A program made the translations under genes and the position numbers. From contig JAYWIR010000078.1 of the NCBI GenBank assembly GCA_036172245.1, forward strand, positions 62,001 to 126,000: 64,000 nucleotides of DNA. The letters run 5' to 3'. Positions 1 to 11,081 of the stretch are shown here, piece after piece (the stretch's first letter is position 1; every line of letters begins with the position of its first letter). Below the pieces are notes generated by a model. That model was not told the origin of the DNA. It ran no database searches and saw nothing but the letters and a program-made list of their open reading frames with translations. Source of the DNA: Raillietiella orientalis (taxonomy: Eukaryota).

Positions 1-789
1 GGATTTGCTGATGGTAATTTATGCAGCTCGGGTGTGTAGCACTCCAGTGTTGGTCAATGAAAAGCTGTGTTCACTGAATGCTGGAACATGAATAAATTCT
101 TTCGAACAATCTTGGTGTACGAAGTTTTTTATTCATGAGTAAGATACAACTCAAATGGGTAGCATTTTCGTTTTTAATGTGCATAAAACGCTACGTATGC
201 ATGATGAAACATACAAAGAAAAAGTGTTTTGGCAAGAATTGAAGTGTGTCAGCTTCTTAGGAAACTTTAGAAAACAGCATGGTGTCTTGTCACTGGGACT
301 GGAAACATCAGCATGCTTGGTGCTCACAATCTCCTCGTCGAAAGGCTCCCTAATAGTTGACTGCATGGTGTTGCAGGAGTACTGCTGTTGAGATGAGAAA
401 CTCACTTGCTGCAGTCCTATATTGATGACAACCTGCATTTTTTCCTGTTGCCTTGGGCATCCACGTGTCTTGTGAAGGCAGTTCAGGCGTGTGTATCCGA
501 TGTGTGCTGTGCACGAGTGGAATGTGTCCTTTTTTCCGTGTTGCAAAAAGGAAGATGACAGGGACATGTTGAAACAGTTGTGCTACCTCAAAGTCAGAAG
601 GTGCCACAGAACATTGCTTCATGAACAAGGAGCATCCTCACTGGCATCTTGTTTAGAAAGACGGAATGGACAATTGGTTTCTAGATTCTCATGGACAAGG
701 AAGTGAAGAATTCGGCAGCGTGGTTTTGGTGGAACGCATAAATGCTTAGCGCTTTAGCGTGGGAAATGCCTTTGTTCGGTGGCATTGGT

Positions 790-1591
790 TCCAATAGGTG
801 TTCAGTGGAATAAGGGATGATGCAGCGGTGGGTTGTGATTTTCTCGTAGTTGGGGTCCTTGTTGAGGAAGATGATGAAGCGAGGTGGATCGTATAATTTA
901 AGGTGACGTTGACATTTTGATGGAGCCCAGCGTTCCGATTTTCCGGATTTGCATAATGCCGTAGTTGCTGTGGTCATGTGAGGTCCAGCACGATGATTTT
1001 GTCTCCTTTCCCCATGTGGTTGGCGCCGCTCTATTTGCGATTGGTTACGTGCAGTGCCTAGCATTTGATATGTTTAGCTTCTGTGGTTTTTCCCCAGTTA
1101 CCTTGGTAGTCGGTGTACCAAGGATTGTCCGAGTCTGTTGCTGTCGATGTTGAAGCCATTCTGTTTATCGAACGGTGGTGGTTCGTTTTCGCAAAACCCT
1201 TTTTCTGTTTTTTCCCTCTTTTCTGTATGCGAAGATCTGAAATGCATTGTGTTCCTTTGTGTTTGTAATCGATGTACTTGCTCTTGTATAGTGGGAGGAT
1301 TTTCGTAGGTCTGTGGGCTCCTTTCTCATGGTTGTTGGACTTTTTGCGTTGAGCATTTCGTTTGGAGGTTTGCACGGGAGCTCTTGACAAACGTTGGATT
1401 GGTTTTAGGAGACGTATCGTGGAGGGTATTGCTGTTTGGAGGCATCCCTGGAGGTGAGCGGTTGGTGTTCAGCTTGCCTCTTTACCGAGGATTGCGTGTT
1501 TTGCTTTTCGAAGTGACCTTTCCTGTGTTTCCTCCGCGGTTATCCATCTGTTTGAGGTGAAGCACCGCTGCGTGCTCTTTGCCTATGGCAT
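790..1591 (-). pseudogene. rep: Endogenous CRESS-DNA virus Rep pseudogene (HUH endonuclease + SF3 helicase)
   Basis: One frame from ATG 1591, with internal stops, reads MP*AKSTQRCFTSNRW (motif I, cf. WCFTLNN), ILGKEAS*TPTAHLQGCL (motif II HLQG, 1445-1456), RAPVQTSKR..SNNHEKG (degenerate motif III), WYTDYQGNWGKT (Walker A, 1085-1102), KGDKIIVLDLT* (Walker B, ~980-997). After frameshifts: NYGIMQ..GSIK and DPPRFIIFLNKDPNYEKITTHR (motif C and Arg finger). 3' end approximate. Confidence 0.85.
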
Positions 1592-1646
1592 GTTGCGACT
1601 CTTTGGTGTGTGTGTGTTTGGTTTTCTACGGTTTCGAAAGTGCCGA

Positions 1647-1664
1647 GGTCAGGGTTACCCTGCC
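1647..1664. other. Putative degenerate rolling-circle origin hairpin of the CRESS element
   Basis: ggtcagggttaccctgcc has caggg/ccctg arms ~55 bp upstream of the Rep ATG. The canonical nonanucleotide is not intact. Confidence 0.35.
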
Positions 1665-1689
1665 CACTATCCAAGTGCTTTTGCTGTTC

Positions 1690-2420
1690 TCAGAAATGTT
1701 TCTTTACGTGAACTTCGCCGTAGACGTGGTGTATTGCATTGTCGTGATGATCATCGTATGGGAAATTCAATTGGTAATTTGGGACGTGCTTCCTCTTGGA
1801 TTGGTAAGGTGTTGTGTTGTGGTGCGCGTATTAGGTGTAGGGATTTGGCTTTTACGGAGGGTGCTGATACTGTTAGTCAAGAGTTGTGGCTTGTCAGCTG
1901 TGAAGTTTATTAGGTTGGTTGCTTTGTGTATGATACCGATTTGCATAAGCGCACGGTGAGTACGTTGCTTGGATTGCGGAAACCAACTGCAATTTCGAGT
2001 ATGTTTGAGTATGTAAAGTTGTACGGTGTGAGGATATGTTGCTGCGACAAATCCCGGAGAGGAGGAAGATTTTGGGAGTATGAAAAATGGTGATTCCGAA
2101 GGAGTGTGGAATCAGCTTACTAGGCAGCAAAGAAACTGATCACCTGTGTTTTGTAAATTAAAGAACAGGACGTTATGTGTGTATGTGATCCACGTATTCA
2201 GCACGAGATGCTGCATCTGACTGGTTCTACAGCGACACCCGGAATGTATGCCGCAGTGGACGTAATTGACTGTACTGTTCATCATTTAGCCAACATCCGA
2301 ACGGTGGCTCCAATTATAAACGAGGTGGGAATGAAGAAATGGGTTGTGTACGCGGTCTACTATTTTGAGTGTACGATGGAATTCATAGACGAGGATTCCT
2401 ACTGTGAATTTCGTGCAGTA
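1690..2420 (+). pseudogene. Possible decayed capsid gene of the CRESS element (ambisense to Rep)
   Basis: Arg-rich segment RELRRRRG just past the hairpin, and a beta-strand-like VYAVYYFECTMEF near 2350-2385. Based on position and composition only. Confidence 0.25.
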
Positions 2421-2899
2421 AGTATAAGCCTCGCCATGACTTCGTCACGCAGGCTTCAGAAAAAGAAGGCATTTCGGATTTCGTATTGTGAAGCATCCTT
2501 TCGTAGGATGTGGTCTCTGGACCTTGGTTTCGAGATGCTGATCACGCCCGAGTGCTCCAGAGTGTTGCTCGGTCGTTGCACAAAGGCTGACCGCTGCAAT
2601 GGCCACAAACCTCATTGCTGAGAAGCGTAGTATTTAGCTTGAGACTGGAAAACTACTAAAGTGTATCTCATGGCGGTTCTTCTAGTGTTTTCGTCACTAA
2701 AAGTCGGTGAACTTTACGTCCTCTACTCTTACATGTACTAAAGAATGGGCAGTGCCTGTTCAATGCAGAGGGCTTCATCAGACGCACTCGCAGAGTGAGA
2801 CAGCCCAGTGCTGCGAAAGAGATGAGCCAGCCAAAGCCTCACACCATATGGTTGGGCCTGTAAACACGCCTGCAGCAGCAGGACGCAGCGTTCCACGCG

Positions 2900-3620
2900 A
2901 CGGTGGCCGTAGCTGCGCCGAATGCGGTCAACGGTCGCGTTCTGAGGGCAAAGGCACGTCACCTAGGAATTGAGAACGTGAATGAAAGAAATTGGAAACG
3001 AGCCTCGGTTAAAAGCCCAAAGTTATCCCGAAAGGGGCGCGAAAGCACTGCAGTGCGAGACGTGTATGTGTATCATTATGAAGAAACTGTGTGTTTGAAG
3101 GGGATGGAGAAGGATATTCCCGCTTGCACGTAAACTGACCATTTACGTAGACTGCGATCATACCAGAATGCCCGATGCTCCTGTCATTGACGGTATCTCC
3201 CTAAGCGGTTGCCTGCTGAAGAAAATGAATGGAAGAGTTGCGATGACGGCCCGCTTCTTCGCTTCAGCTGTCGGATGGACCAAAACACCGTCCGAGAAAC
3301 CCTGTGCGTGCGTGGAAATCGAAGCAAACCGGAAACTTGCTCGGGAACACCTCGGGTGAGGCGCTTGTGAAGATCAAATCATACGCCACTACGCAGATTG
3401 CTGGCATCACGCCAATGGAGACCTACTCGCACGACTTTCCAGTCATGCGTACGAAGTAGTCTGCGCTTTTGTCTTTTGCGCTGCAACTTCGGAGACCGAG
3501 TGGATGCATGTCCAACTGCACTCTGCAACAAATGCAGCCATAGACGGAATGTCTGCACAATTCCGGGGTATCTAAAGCTCGAGCGTGAAAACAACCTGCG
3601 TTGGTACGAATGAGCAAACA
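2900..3620 (+). mobile_element. Decayed L1/Tx1 ORF1 (zinc-knuckle) remnant
   Basis: RFCLLRCNFGDRVDACPTALCNKCSHRRNVC aligns by eye with VFCTGCKQFCHRVNACPRSRCFRCGKQGHQVRNC of the ORF1 at 15015-16337. Confidence 0.5.
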
Positions 3621-4199
3621 ACGGACGAGATCCAGCATCCAATCTTGAAAACGCCAGCAGATCTAAGGAGATAACTGGAAACCAAGATGGGGATCACCGG
3701 ATGCGGAAAACTCGTCAAAGAGAAAATCAAGACGTCATTCGACCAGCTGGAGATAAGAAAATGAGAAACGAAGAGGTAGAGCAAGGAAAACCTTACCAAA
3801 TAAAAAGAAATAGGTAAAGCAAGCAGGGAAAGGTTCGACGAAGGACAAAAACACAGTTCAGCTCGCTTAAGAATAAGTAGAAATTGAAGTAAGAATTGGC
3901 TGCGCTGCATTGCATGTTTGGGGTCCTTACCATATGCGATACCACTTCAGAAATGTCATACATCGCCCATCACTCCCCGACACATTCAAATGATAGTTCG
4001 AGGGGATGACACTGAAAACGACATACAAGCCATTTTGTTTCAGCTACCTGCACCTCTGATTGAAAACAAAGAATCTCCTTCGCTCCAATGCTGTACCGTC
4101 TTCCGCATGAGGCATGCATTTGCCATAGAGAATACTTTACCATCCGTTACTCCTTTCTTCCTTCATTGAAAGCAGCAAATTTTCGTGACTCTTTACTAA

Positions 4200-5535
4200 A
4201 AAGTCGCTCCTCCATGCATTGGAAAAGTGCGTACACGAGCACTTCCCGCTCATGTCAACGCCCACTACTTCCATCCTCTGATGCGTCACAGGAGACAGGG
4301 ATTTGGGTATCGTTTGAGGCAGCTCACCACCTTGTTGGAAGCAAATACATGGATTTCCTGCCGCCCAATGAATACAATGCATGGCGGCAGGAATCCATTG
4401 ATTCCTTGGCTGCATTCTTAGGAATGAGCCACGAAAATCTTCGCCCCCTGCATCAATTTCAACCTTGGTCACTCCAAGATATGATGCAGGACGAGGTGAA
4501 GTTTTCCTCCCTGGCCGCCACGCCCCTTGCCGAAGCATTGCCTGCCCTAGAGGTTCGAGAAGACAGTAGCCATCCGGCAAGGTGGGAGTTCTCCTGCACC
4601 ATTGCAGGAAGAACGAAACCACTTGGCCAATGGGCCACGAGCGAGCTTGCGGATGCCGCCACTCCTCGTGCTACACCAAAGGGGAGAAACTCTTGGTGTT
4701 TCCCCCAAGGAACTTATAATCCCTCCCTGGTGTTTGGACGGCTCGGTGTTTCCCCTTGCATGAAGCAAGACGTCTTGCTCTTCTTGCACTGGGGTTTGTG
4801 CTACAACGAACGGCGCCACCGAGTTTCCGGTGGGGTGGCTTCACCCTACTGTGCCCGGTGCGGTGCGACGGAGTCGTTTCCGCACCTTGTTTTGGACTGC
4901 GGTGTCCTCCAGGAACTCTGGCGGAAGTTGGCAGCAGCACTCCTGCTACCGAGGGACACCGCCCGAGAAGTGCTGCGACGTTTCTTCCAAGCCCAAGGAC
5001 TTTCGAAGGCTGCGATGATTTCCACAGCTGGTTGCATCCGCGCCATCGTCACGGTCCGAGACGTGCTGGAGAATAGTGGTCAGCGATGTTGTGTCACCAG
5101 GAAGGCAGCCGACTTCATCAGAGCGGCAGCTGGGTGGCGACACCTGGACGAAAACGCAAAGGAGGAGCTCACTGGCATTTATCGCCGTATGATACACGGT
5201 TTGGAACGAAGAACCCGGTGATCCTTCTCCATTCCCCTGTTTACTTTATTTTTGTTCTTGCGCCCCACTTCCCATTCGCTCCGTAGTGCCTTTGGTGCTT
5301 TTCCTTTTTATCTTTTCCGGTGACTTCGGAGCGTCACCAAAGTTCCCTGGCCCATTCCTCCCATTTAGACTTTACTTTTTTGTTTATAGTCCCCTTCCCC
5401 ATTCGTTCAGGTCCTTCCGTTTTCCTGGCCTGCGTGCCAGTGGTGTATCTCCGTTGTTGGTTCTTGTAGTCGTTGGTTGGAAACAACTATTTCCAGCTAG
5501 TATATAACAATAAACGTCCCGGCGTGACCGGGTAA
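4200..5535 (+). mobile_element. L1/Tx1-clade LINE 3' fragment (family A): ORF2 C-terminus with zf-RVT-type finger and 3' UTR
   Basis: ORF 4088-5221 has LFLHWGL...CARCGATESFPHLVLDC. It is followed by a pyrimidine-rich UTR, AATAAA 5509-5514 and terminal hairpin cccgg-cgtga-ccggg 5518-5532. 5' boundary approximate. Confidence 0.85.
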
Positions 5536-7689
5536 CCAACTTCCATCCTCTGCAATCGAAACGTCTGTCGTCAGAGATATGCAGTTGAAATGAAGGCTCC
5601 CCTAGCAGAGGTCTTTGAATCTCCAGCGCAACGACAAGGACTCTACAGGGAATAGTCCGCAGCTTCCTTGGCAGAATCGCGAGCAGCCCTTCGTTTGTTC
5701 AGAGGGGCCTTGAAGGAATAGAAGATTGCCCGTTGCTATTGAAGCTGCACACAACGGCAGCGCCTCCTTGGATTCATGACGGATTTCGAGGCACGAAGCT
5801 TCCTTCAACATTCCGGTTTTCCCTGAGCCAAATTCAAAAGACAGGGGGAATACAGCTTCCACGCTGTCCTTGATGAACGCGCAGGCGATTTTCTTCCTGC
5901 GCTTGATACGCTGAATAGTTCGTTGGATCGAAATTCCGACTTTTGCCTTGCAGCGTTATTAATCATCTGGAAATCAAAGAGCAGTTCAACTTGAGCTCCC
6001 AGAGACTGCCCACAGAAGCATGAAAGGTATGTTCGAACGTTCCACTTTGTTGTTCCCGGTTACCCCCAGAACTGCATCCCCTATTCAGGAAGACGGACAC
6101 TGATTATTCAATCCACTTACAACACGAAATGGAGAACGTGGTTTACCGCAATTGCTATTCTTCTCGTACCACTTCCCAGCACGAATAGCATGGTCAATGC
6201 GTCAAAACACGCAATGCACTAACGAGCTAGCCCCTCGCTGGGAACCCAGATGGATGCTCTCTCCGTGGACTTAACCAACAGTCCACCACTTGCGCTAAAC
6301 GAGAAATTCTATTTCAAAAATGCTCTGCGGCTTGCGGCACAGATTCGTACCCACTCAACTCGACCCTACCGAAACCCATGACTTCAACAACCTAAATGAG
6401 TACCATAAACAGATGACTGCAAAGAAACAAACCTTGTCGAGTGGGAACACCGAAATTTTGACAATGAAGTGACTCATTCTATTCCACACATAGTACCCAC
6501 ATGTTGGCTTTAGGTCCTTCGCTTTTCTAGAGCAGCTATCTACATCTAATCATGCTCTTCACATCCCGTTTTGTACATACTTCTCTGCCTCCACGAAACA
6601 GAAAATTCATGGTAAACACAATCTCCTCTTCGCTGTCCATGCTCCATTCCTCCACCCTCCACCAGATATTCCATCTTACTGCATCCGTTATCAACCGTCC
6701 ATGCAAACTTTAGTGCCCAAAACTTTTACCATCCCTGCACAAAGGTCCTATGTGCAGACTTGTAACTAGAATGGAATCGCTATTGAAAACCATCGTCATT
6801 AACTCGGTTGACTCCTCCAATGCTCTTTCGATGAACATCTTCATTGCCTTAGTATTCATCATTATCGAAAATCAATCCAGATTTGTCCAAAACACATTCC
6901 CATCATCTGCTCTCTTCTTTGCATCCTTCCATTGCAAACTTGCTGAAGCATTCAGCATTCATTCCACATACCTAGGAAAAAAAAAACACTGACCCTATGT
7001 CTCCCCTTCTACTTTTCGAAACCTGGACATCTATCATTCAACGGGTATCCCTCTGAGATTGAGTTTCATGTGACCACATTACCTGGCATATGTGTCCAAA
7101 TTCTTACACTCTCCAATACGCAAAGCTCATCTCGATCCGTTTCAAGCAGATCTTTGTAAATTAGCCATGGTCCTCATGCAAACTTACAACTTCACTTACA
7201 GAACCTGTACGTACATGAAAATATCGATGCAATACCAATCCACCAACCATTCCTCCTTCACCAATGCACATCCATGATTCATCCTTCATTCTCCATAACC
7301 GCCATCCATACCCCTCTCCCTGACCTGTTACGCACGCAAGAAACACACCCGTCTTGCACTCTTCAGGGTATCTGCGTTGGTGAGTTGCCTGGAAAAGAAA
7401 GAATTGAAACGAGAGCATCGATTTCCAAGAACCCTTTTCACAAGAATACTAAAAATTTTCCATTAGCTGCATTTTCCTTCCCGGAAGGTTTTTAACTGGC
7501 ATTCATCTTCTGTTCATATCTTCCCGTTCCGGACTCACCCACAATTCGGCTTGAACTCAAACTCTGTTGAGAAAACCGCACTACACGCCATAGCAGCACC
7601 CCGCTTGAACGCAATTGGTTTCTTAGGGGCGAATGCTGGAAAGAAATCACAAAAGTCAACAAAAATCACAAAAGGAAGAGGTCCACCCT

Positions 7690-8690
7690 CTGAAACGTGG
7701 CTCCTGCCAGAGGACTGGCCGAGCCTCTCAGGAGCAGCGGAACATCGCGCGCTTCAGCGAGAATTCCAACTTCGGATGCTCTCTGACTGGGACGAAATGA
7801 AGAGCTCAGTCCGACCAGTTCTTTATGAACCGTCTTCCTCCGGCTTTTTGCGAGGGATTGAGGAAGCAGAGGGCCTACCTCTGCTTCCTCAATCCCTCAC
7901 AAACAGGTCCGTCTCTACTCCAGCAATGGACGTCCGACGACTGGCGGAACCAAGAGCTGGGGCCGAAATATAGACCTAGCAATCCGGGTCGACCAGGTTG
8001 CAGGACGCCGATAGCTGCGAATACTCAGACCCAGCGCAGGTAAACCGCATCTTTCGTGTTTTTTTAATCCTCACTTTACACGAGAGCAAGAGCCGAGCGC
8101 GCCTTTGAACAGCGATTGCTGCCAGCAGGCGCCTCAGCGTTGAGGGATGAGATTAGCAACCACCTCCAGGAGCCTTTCTCGATGGCGAAGATCACCTCCG
8201 CCATCGGAAAGCTGAAAAAACGAAAGGCACCAGGGATAGACGGTCTGCCCGCGGAGTTTCACCAGTGCTTCGCGGCAGAGCTGGTCCCCCTGGTGCTGAA
8301 ACTAGGCATGCTGATCCGCGAACGAGGGGACCTTCCCGACTCGTCCATCTAAGCTAGAGTACGTCTCCTCCCGAAAGGAGGAGACTTACGCAACGTAGGC
8401 AACTGGCGGCCCATCACTCTTCTGAATGAGGACGGGAAGTTGCTTGCCAATTTGTGGGGTGAGCGACTTGGACGGGTGGAGGAATCCGTGGTCAGTGTGG
8501 AGCAGACTTACGCGGTTCCCGCGCGAACTGTGGTGGCGATTCAGGTCAAGAGTATCCCGAGTTTCCTTTGTCGAAGGAGGGGAAGGCCAAGGGAGAAGAA
8601 CCGTGTCCGGAGCCATTGCAGTTGCCGATTTGCGTAAAGCATTCGATTTTGAATACTTTTTACCTGTACTGTGGCTGGACCAGTGATCAA
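7690..8690 (+). mobile_element. L1/Tx1 ORF2 fragment (linker and RT N-terminus), decayed
   Basis: KAPGIDGLPAEFH, LLPKGGDLRNVGNWRPITLLNEDGKLLA, EQTYAVPAR and ADLRKAFD, with stops and frameshifts. Confidence 0.8.
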
Positions 8691-8699
8691 GCGACGCCC

Positions 8700-8930
8700 A
8701 AGGAAACAATAGGGAATCTCCCGATTCACCTATTCGCAGACCGGTACGTTCTACCAAGGCAGCAGAACGAAGGGGGAGCAAAATAAAAAACAAAACAAGA
8801 ACAAGAGGAAATGTGGGGGGTGCCGGAGGAGATCACTGTTGCTTCTGGGGCTGTGCATCGTTTGCAGGATCCGGCAAGCTCTTTCTGCATTTCTGGAACT
8901 ACATGTAGCCATTTTTCCCCAAGTCCCACA
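8700..8930 (-). mobile_element. Family-A LINE fragment: ORF2 extreme C-terminus and start of 3' UTR
   Basis: WLHVVPEMQKELAGSCKR resembles WRHLDENAKEELTGIYRR at the end of ORF 4088-5221. It is followed by gtgatc and a pyrimidine-rich tract, as at 5218 and 13126. Confidence 0.55.
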
Positions 8931-9046
8931 TGAGGTGGGGTAAATCTATTTTTCCAATTTTACATTACATTCATACTACAATCACATTCACACTACTGGC
9001 ACTATACTACCACTTTGAAGTCCTTGGGGTGTCACAAGTTCTGCAC

Positions 9047-11081
9047 TCAGAGTGGGTTTCCAGATGTTTGGTTTCGGACGTCGTCCACAATGCTCTTCAG
9101 GATGAATCGGTACGTCCAGGCATAGATTCGTCCACAGTTCCTGATATCGATCTCCCTCTTGATGAGTCCTTGCAGGATCTCCATCGGGGGTGCGGCTCTC
9201 CTGGCTTTCCTCATCTTCCACCACCGCACAAGTATGGCGGTGATGAAGAGGGCGATGGTCGTTCTTACCATGGGATTGTAGCAGGGAACATTACCATTTT
9301 TCTAAAACATCCCGGATTTCCATCACATACTTATTGTTTCGTCCTATGATCCTTTTCAGGATCAGCCAGTCGTGTAGCAATGTGGGACACGTCAAGACAT
9401 GAAGTCTCGTATCGATGTCTCCACATGCCGTGCAGTCTTCATCTTCCCGTCTTCCGGTGAAGTGCTTGAGCCTGGACCCGCTTTGGATTCCTCCATGATA
9501 GAACATCAGGAGTTCGTCCTGGGTGCCCGGAGGAAGGTCACTCCTCCATAGCGTCGTGACGATTGCTAACAGGTTGATGCTGTCACTCCCGTAGCGATCG
9601 GCGGCTTCTTGGAGGGCACTGGTGTCTTGGTCCTGGTCCTTGATAATCTTCCGGAGATTCATCTTGGTTACCCTAGACCACTCTGGAAGTCGTTGTGGTT
9701 TATCCACACTTCGCGGGTCTTATGGGTGAACCTACCTAGCATCATCTCCATATACCGAAGTATACGAGTGTGATGTAGGTATCCTCCTCGTCGCCATTCC
9801 TGGATTCTTTGCAGGGTAACTCTGGGCCGCTGGTAGATCCAGCTTCTCGTGTCCGGAGGGACCGGAAGCATCCACGGGATCACCAGGATGAATTCCTCCT
9901 GCCAGAGTTCCCTGCTTCTCGGCACGATCTTGATGTTGTGCTTGCGCACCAGCCGCTGCTTTCTCCTCCAGGTTGGGTCGATGGTGTTCCACTCCTCTGC
10001 TCGGCCTAGCAGCTCAGTCATCAGGCCTTTCGAGTTGTTCAACAACAACGCGTAGGCCCTATGCACCGCGTACGGCCAGTCATCCCAGTGAGTAGCGATA
10101 TCCAGGATGTGTCGCGAATCCATGATTTCCATGGAGGTGCGACATCATCAAGCGACTTCATCCCGGAACCGCCCTCTTCTTTGGGACGACACAGGAAGTT
10201 TCAAACGAACTCTGGGGCAATAATGCCCCCACAATATCTTTCTTTGCAGCTTTTCTACTTCTCTGGTATTCTTTTTCTTCATTCTCGCGAAGGCCGCTCC
10301 AAAGAGCACCTTTGGAAGGAGTACTCCATTCCAGAGGTTGGCCTTTCGCTTCATGCCAAAGTCCAGTCGGGTGTACTTCTCTGCTTCTTTTGCCTTTTTC
10401 CCAGGATTTCCGTCCACAGTAGCTTCGACGCAGAGTCGTCGCCGATGTAGACTCCCAGGTACTTGGCCGCGTCCATTGTTTGAAATCCTCTCCCCGTGAG
10501 AGCGGAGAGATCCAGGATTCCGACGGGCAAAAGCTGGCTCTTCTGGGCGTTAATCTTCAGGTCCAGTCCTTCTTCCATTAGCGTCACCACATCCAGGAAT
10601 GCTTGCTGATCCCTCTCTCCCCTAATGAAGAAGAGGAGATCGTCTGCGTAAGCGAGATGGGTGAGCTTCTTGCTGTTGATTTCCATACCCCGTAGTCGCC
10701 CGCTCTTCTCGATGAAAGAAGACAGCGCCTCCATGTAATAACGAACAGCATCGGACTTGGAGAGTCTCCCTACCGAACTCCTCGTTCCATCCGAATGGCT
10801 GTTGTTTCTACCCCGTTGATCTTGATCCGGAAACGTTGATTCCGGAGGATCATTTCTACGAAGTTGCTGAAGTATTCCGGAAGTCCCAGCTTTTCCAGAA
10901 TCTTCAGCAGCATCCCGTGATCGATGGTGTCGAAGGCTTTCTCCATGTCGGTGAACGCCAGCACCAGGTTCTCGCCGACGTATCGGCTAAGTCCCACGGT
11001 GGCCTGCGCGCACTTGACATTGTCCGACATGTGGCGTCCGGGTACCGCACATGTCTGGACAGGAGAAATCAGCCTCGACAT
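9047..11081 (-). pseudogene. Family-B ORF2 RT and C-terminal domains (frameshifted)
   Basis: ISPVQTCAVPGRHMSDN, FTDMEKAFDTIDH, ERGVR*GDSPSPML, LAYADDL, KINAQKS, KYLGV and CTACGDIDTRLHVLTC across successive ORFs. Confidence 0.9.
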
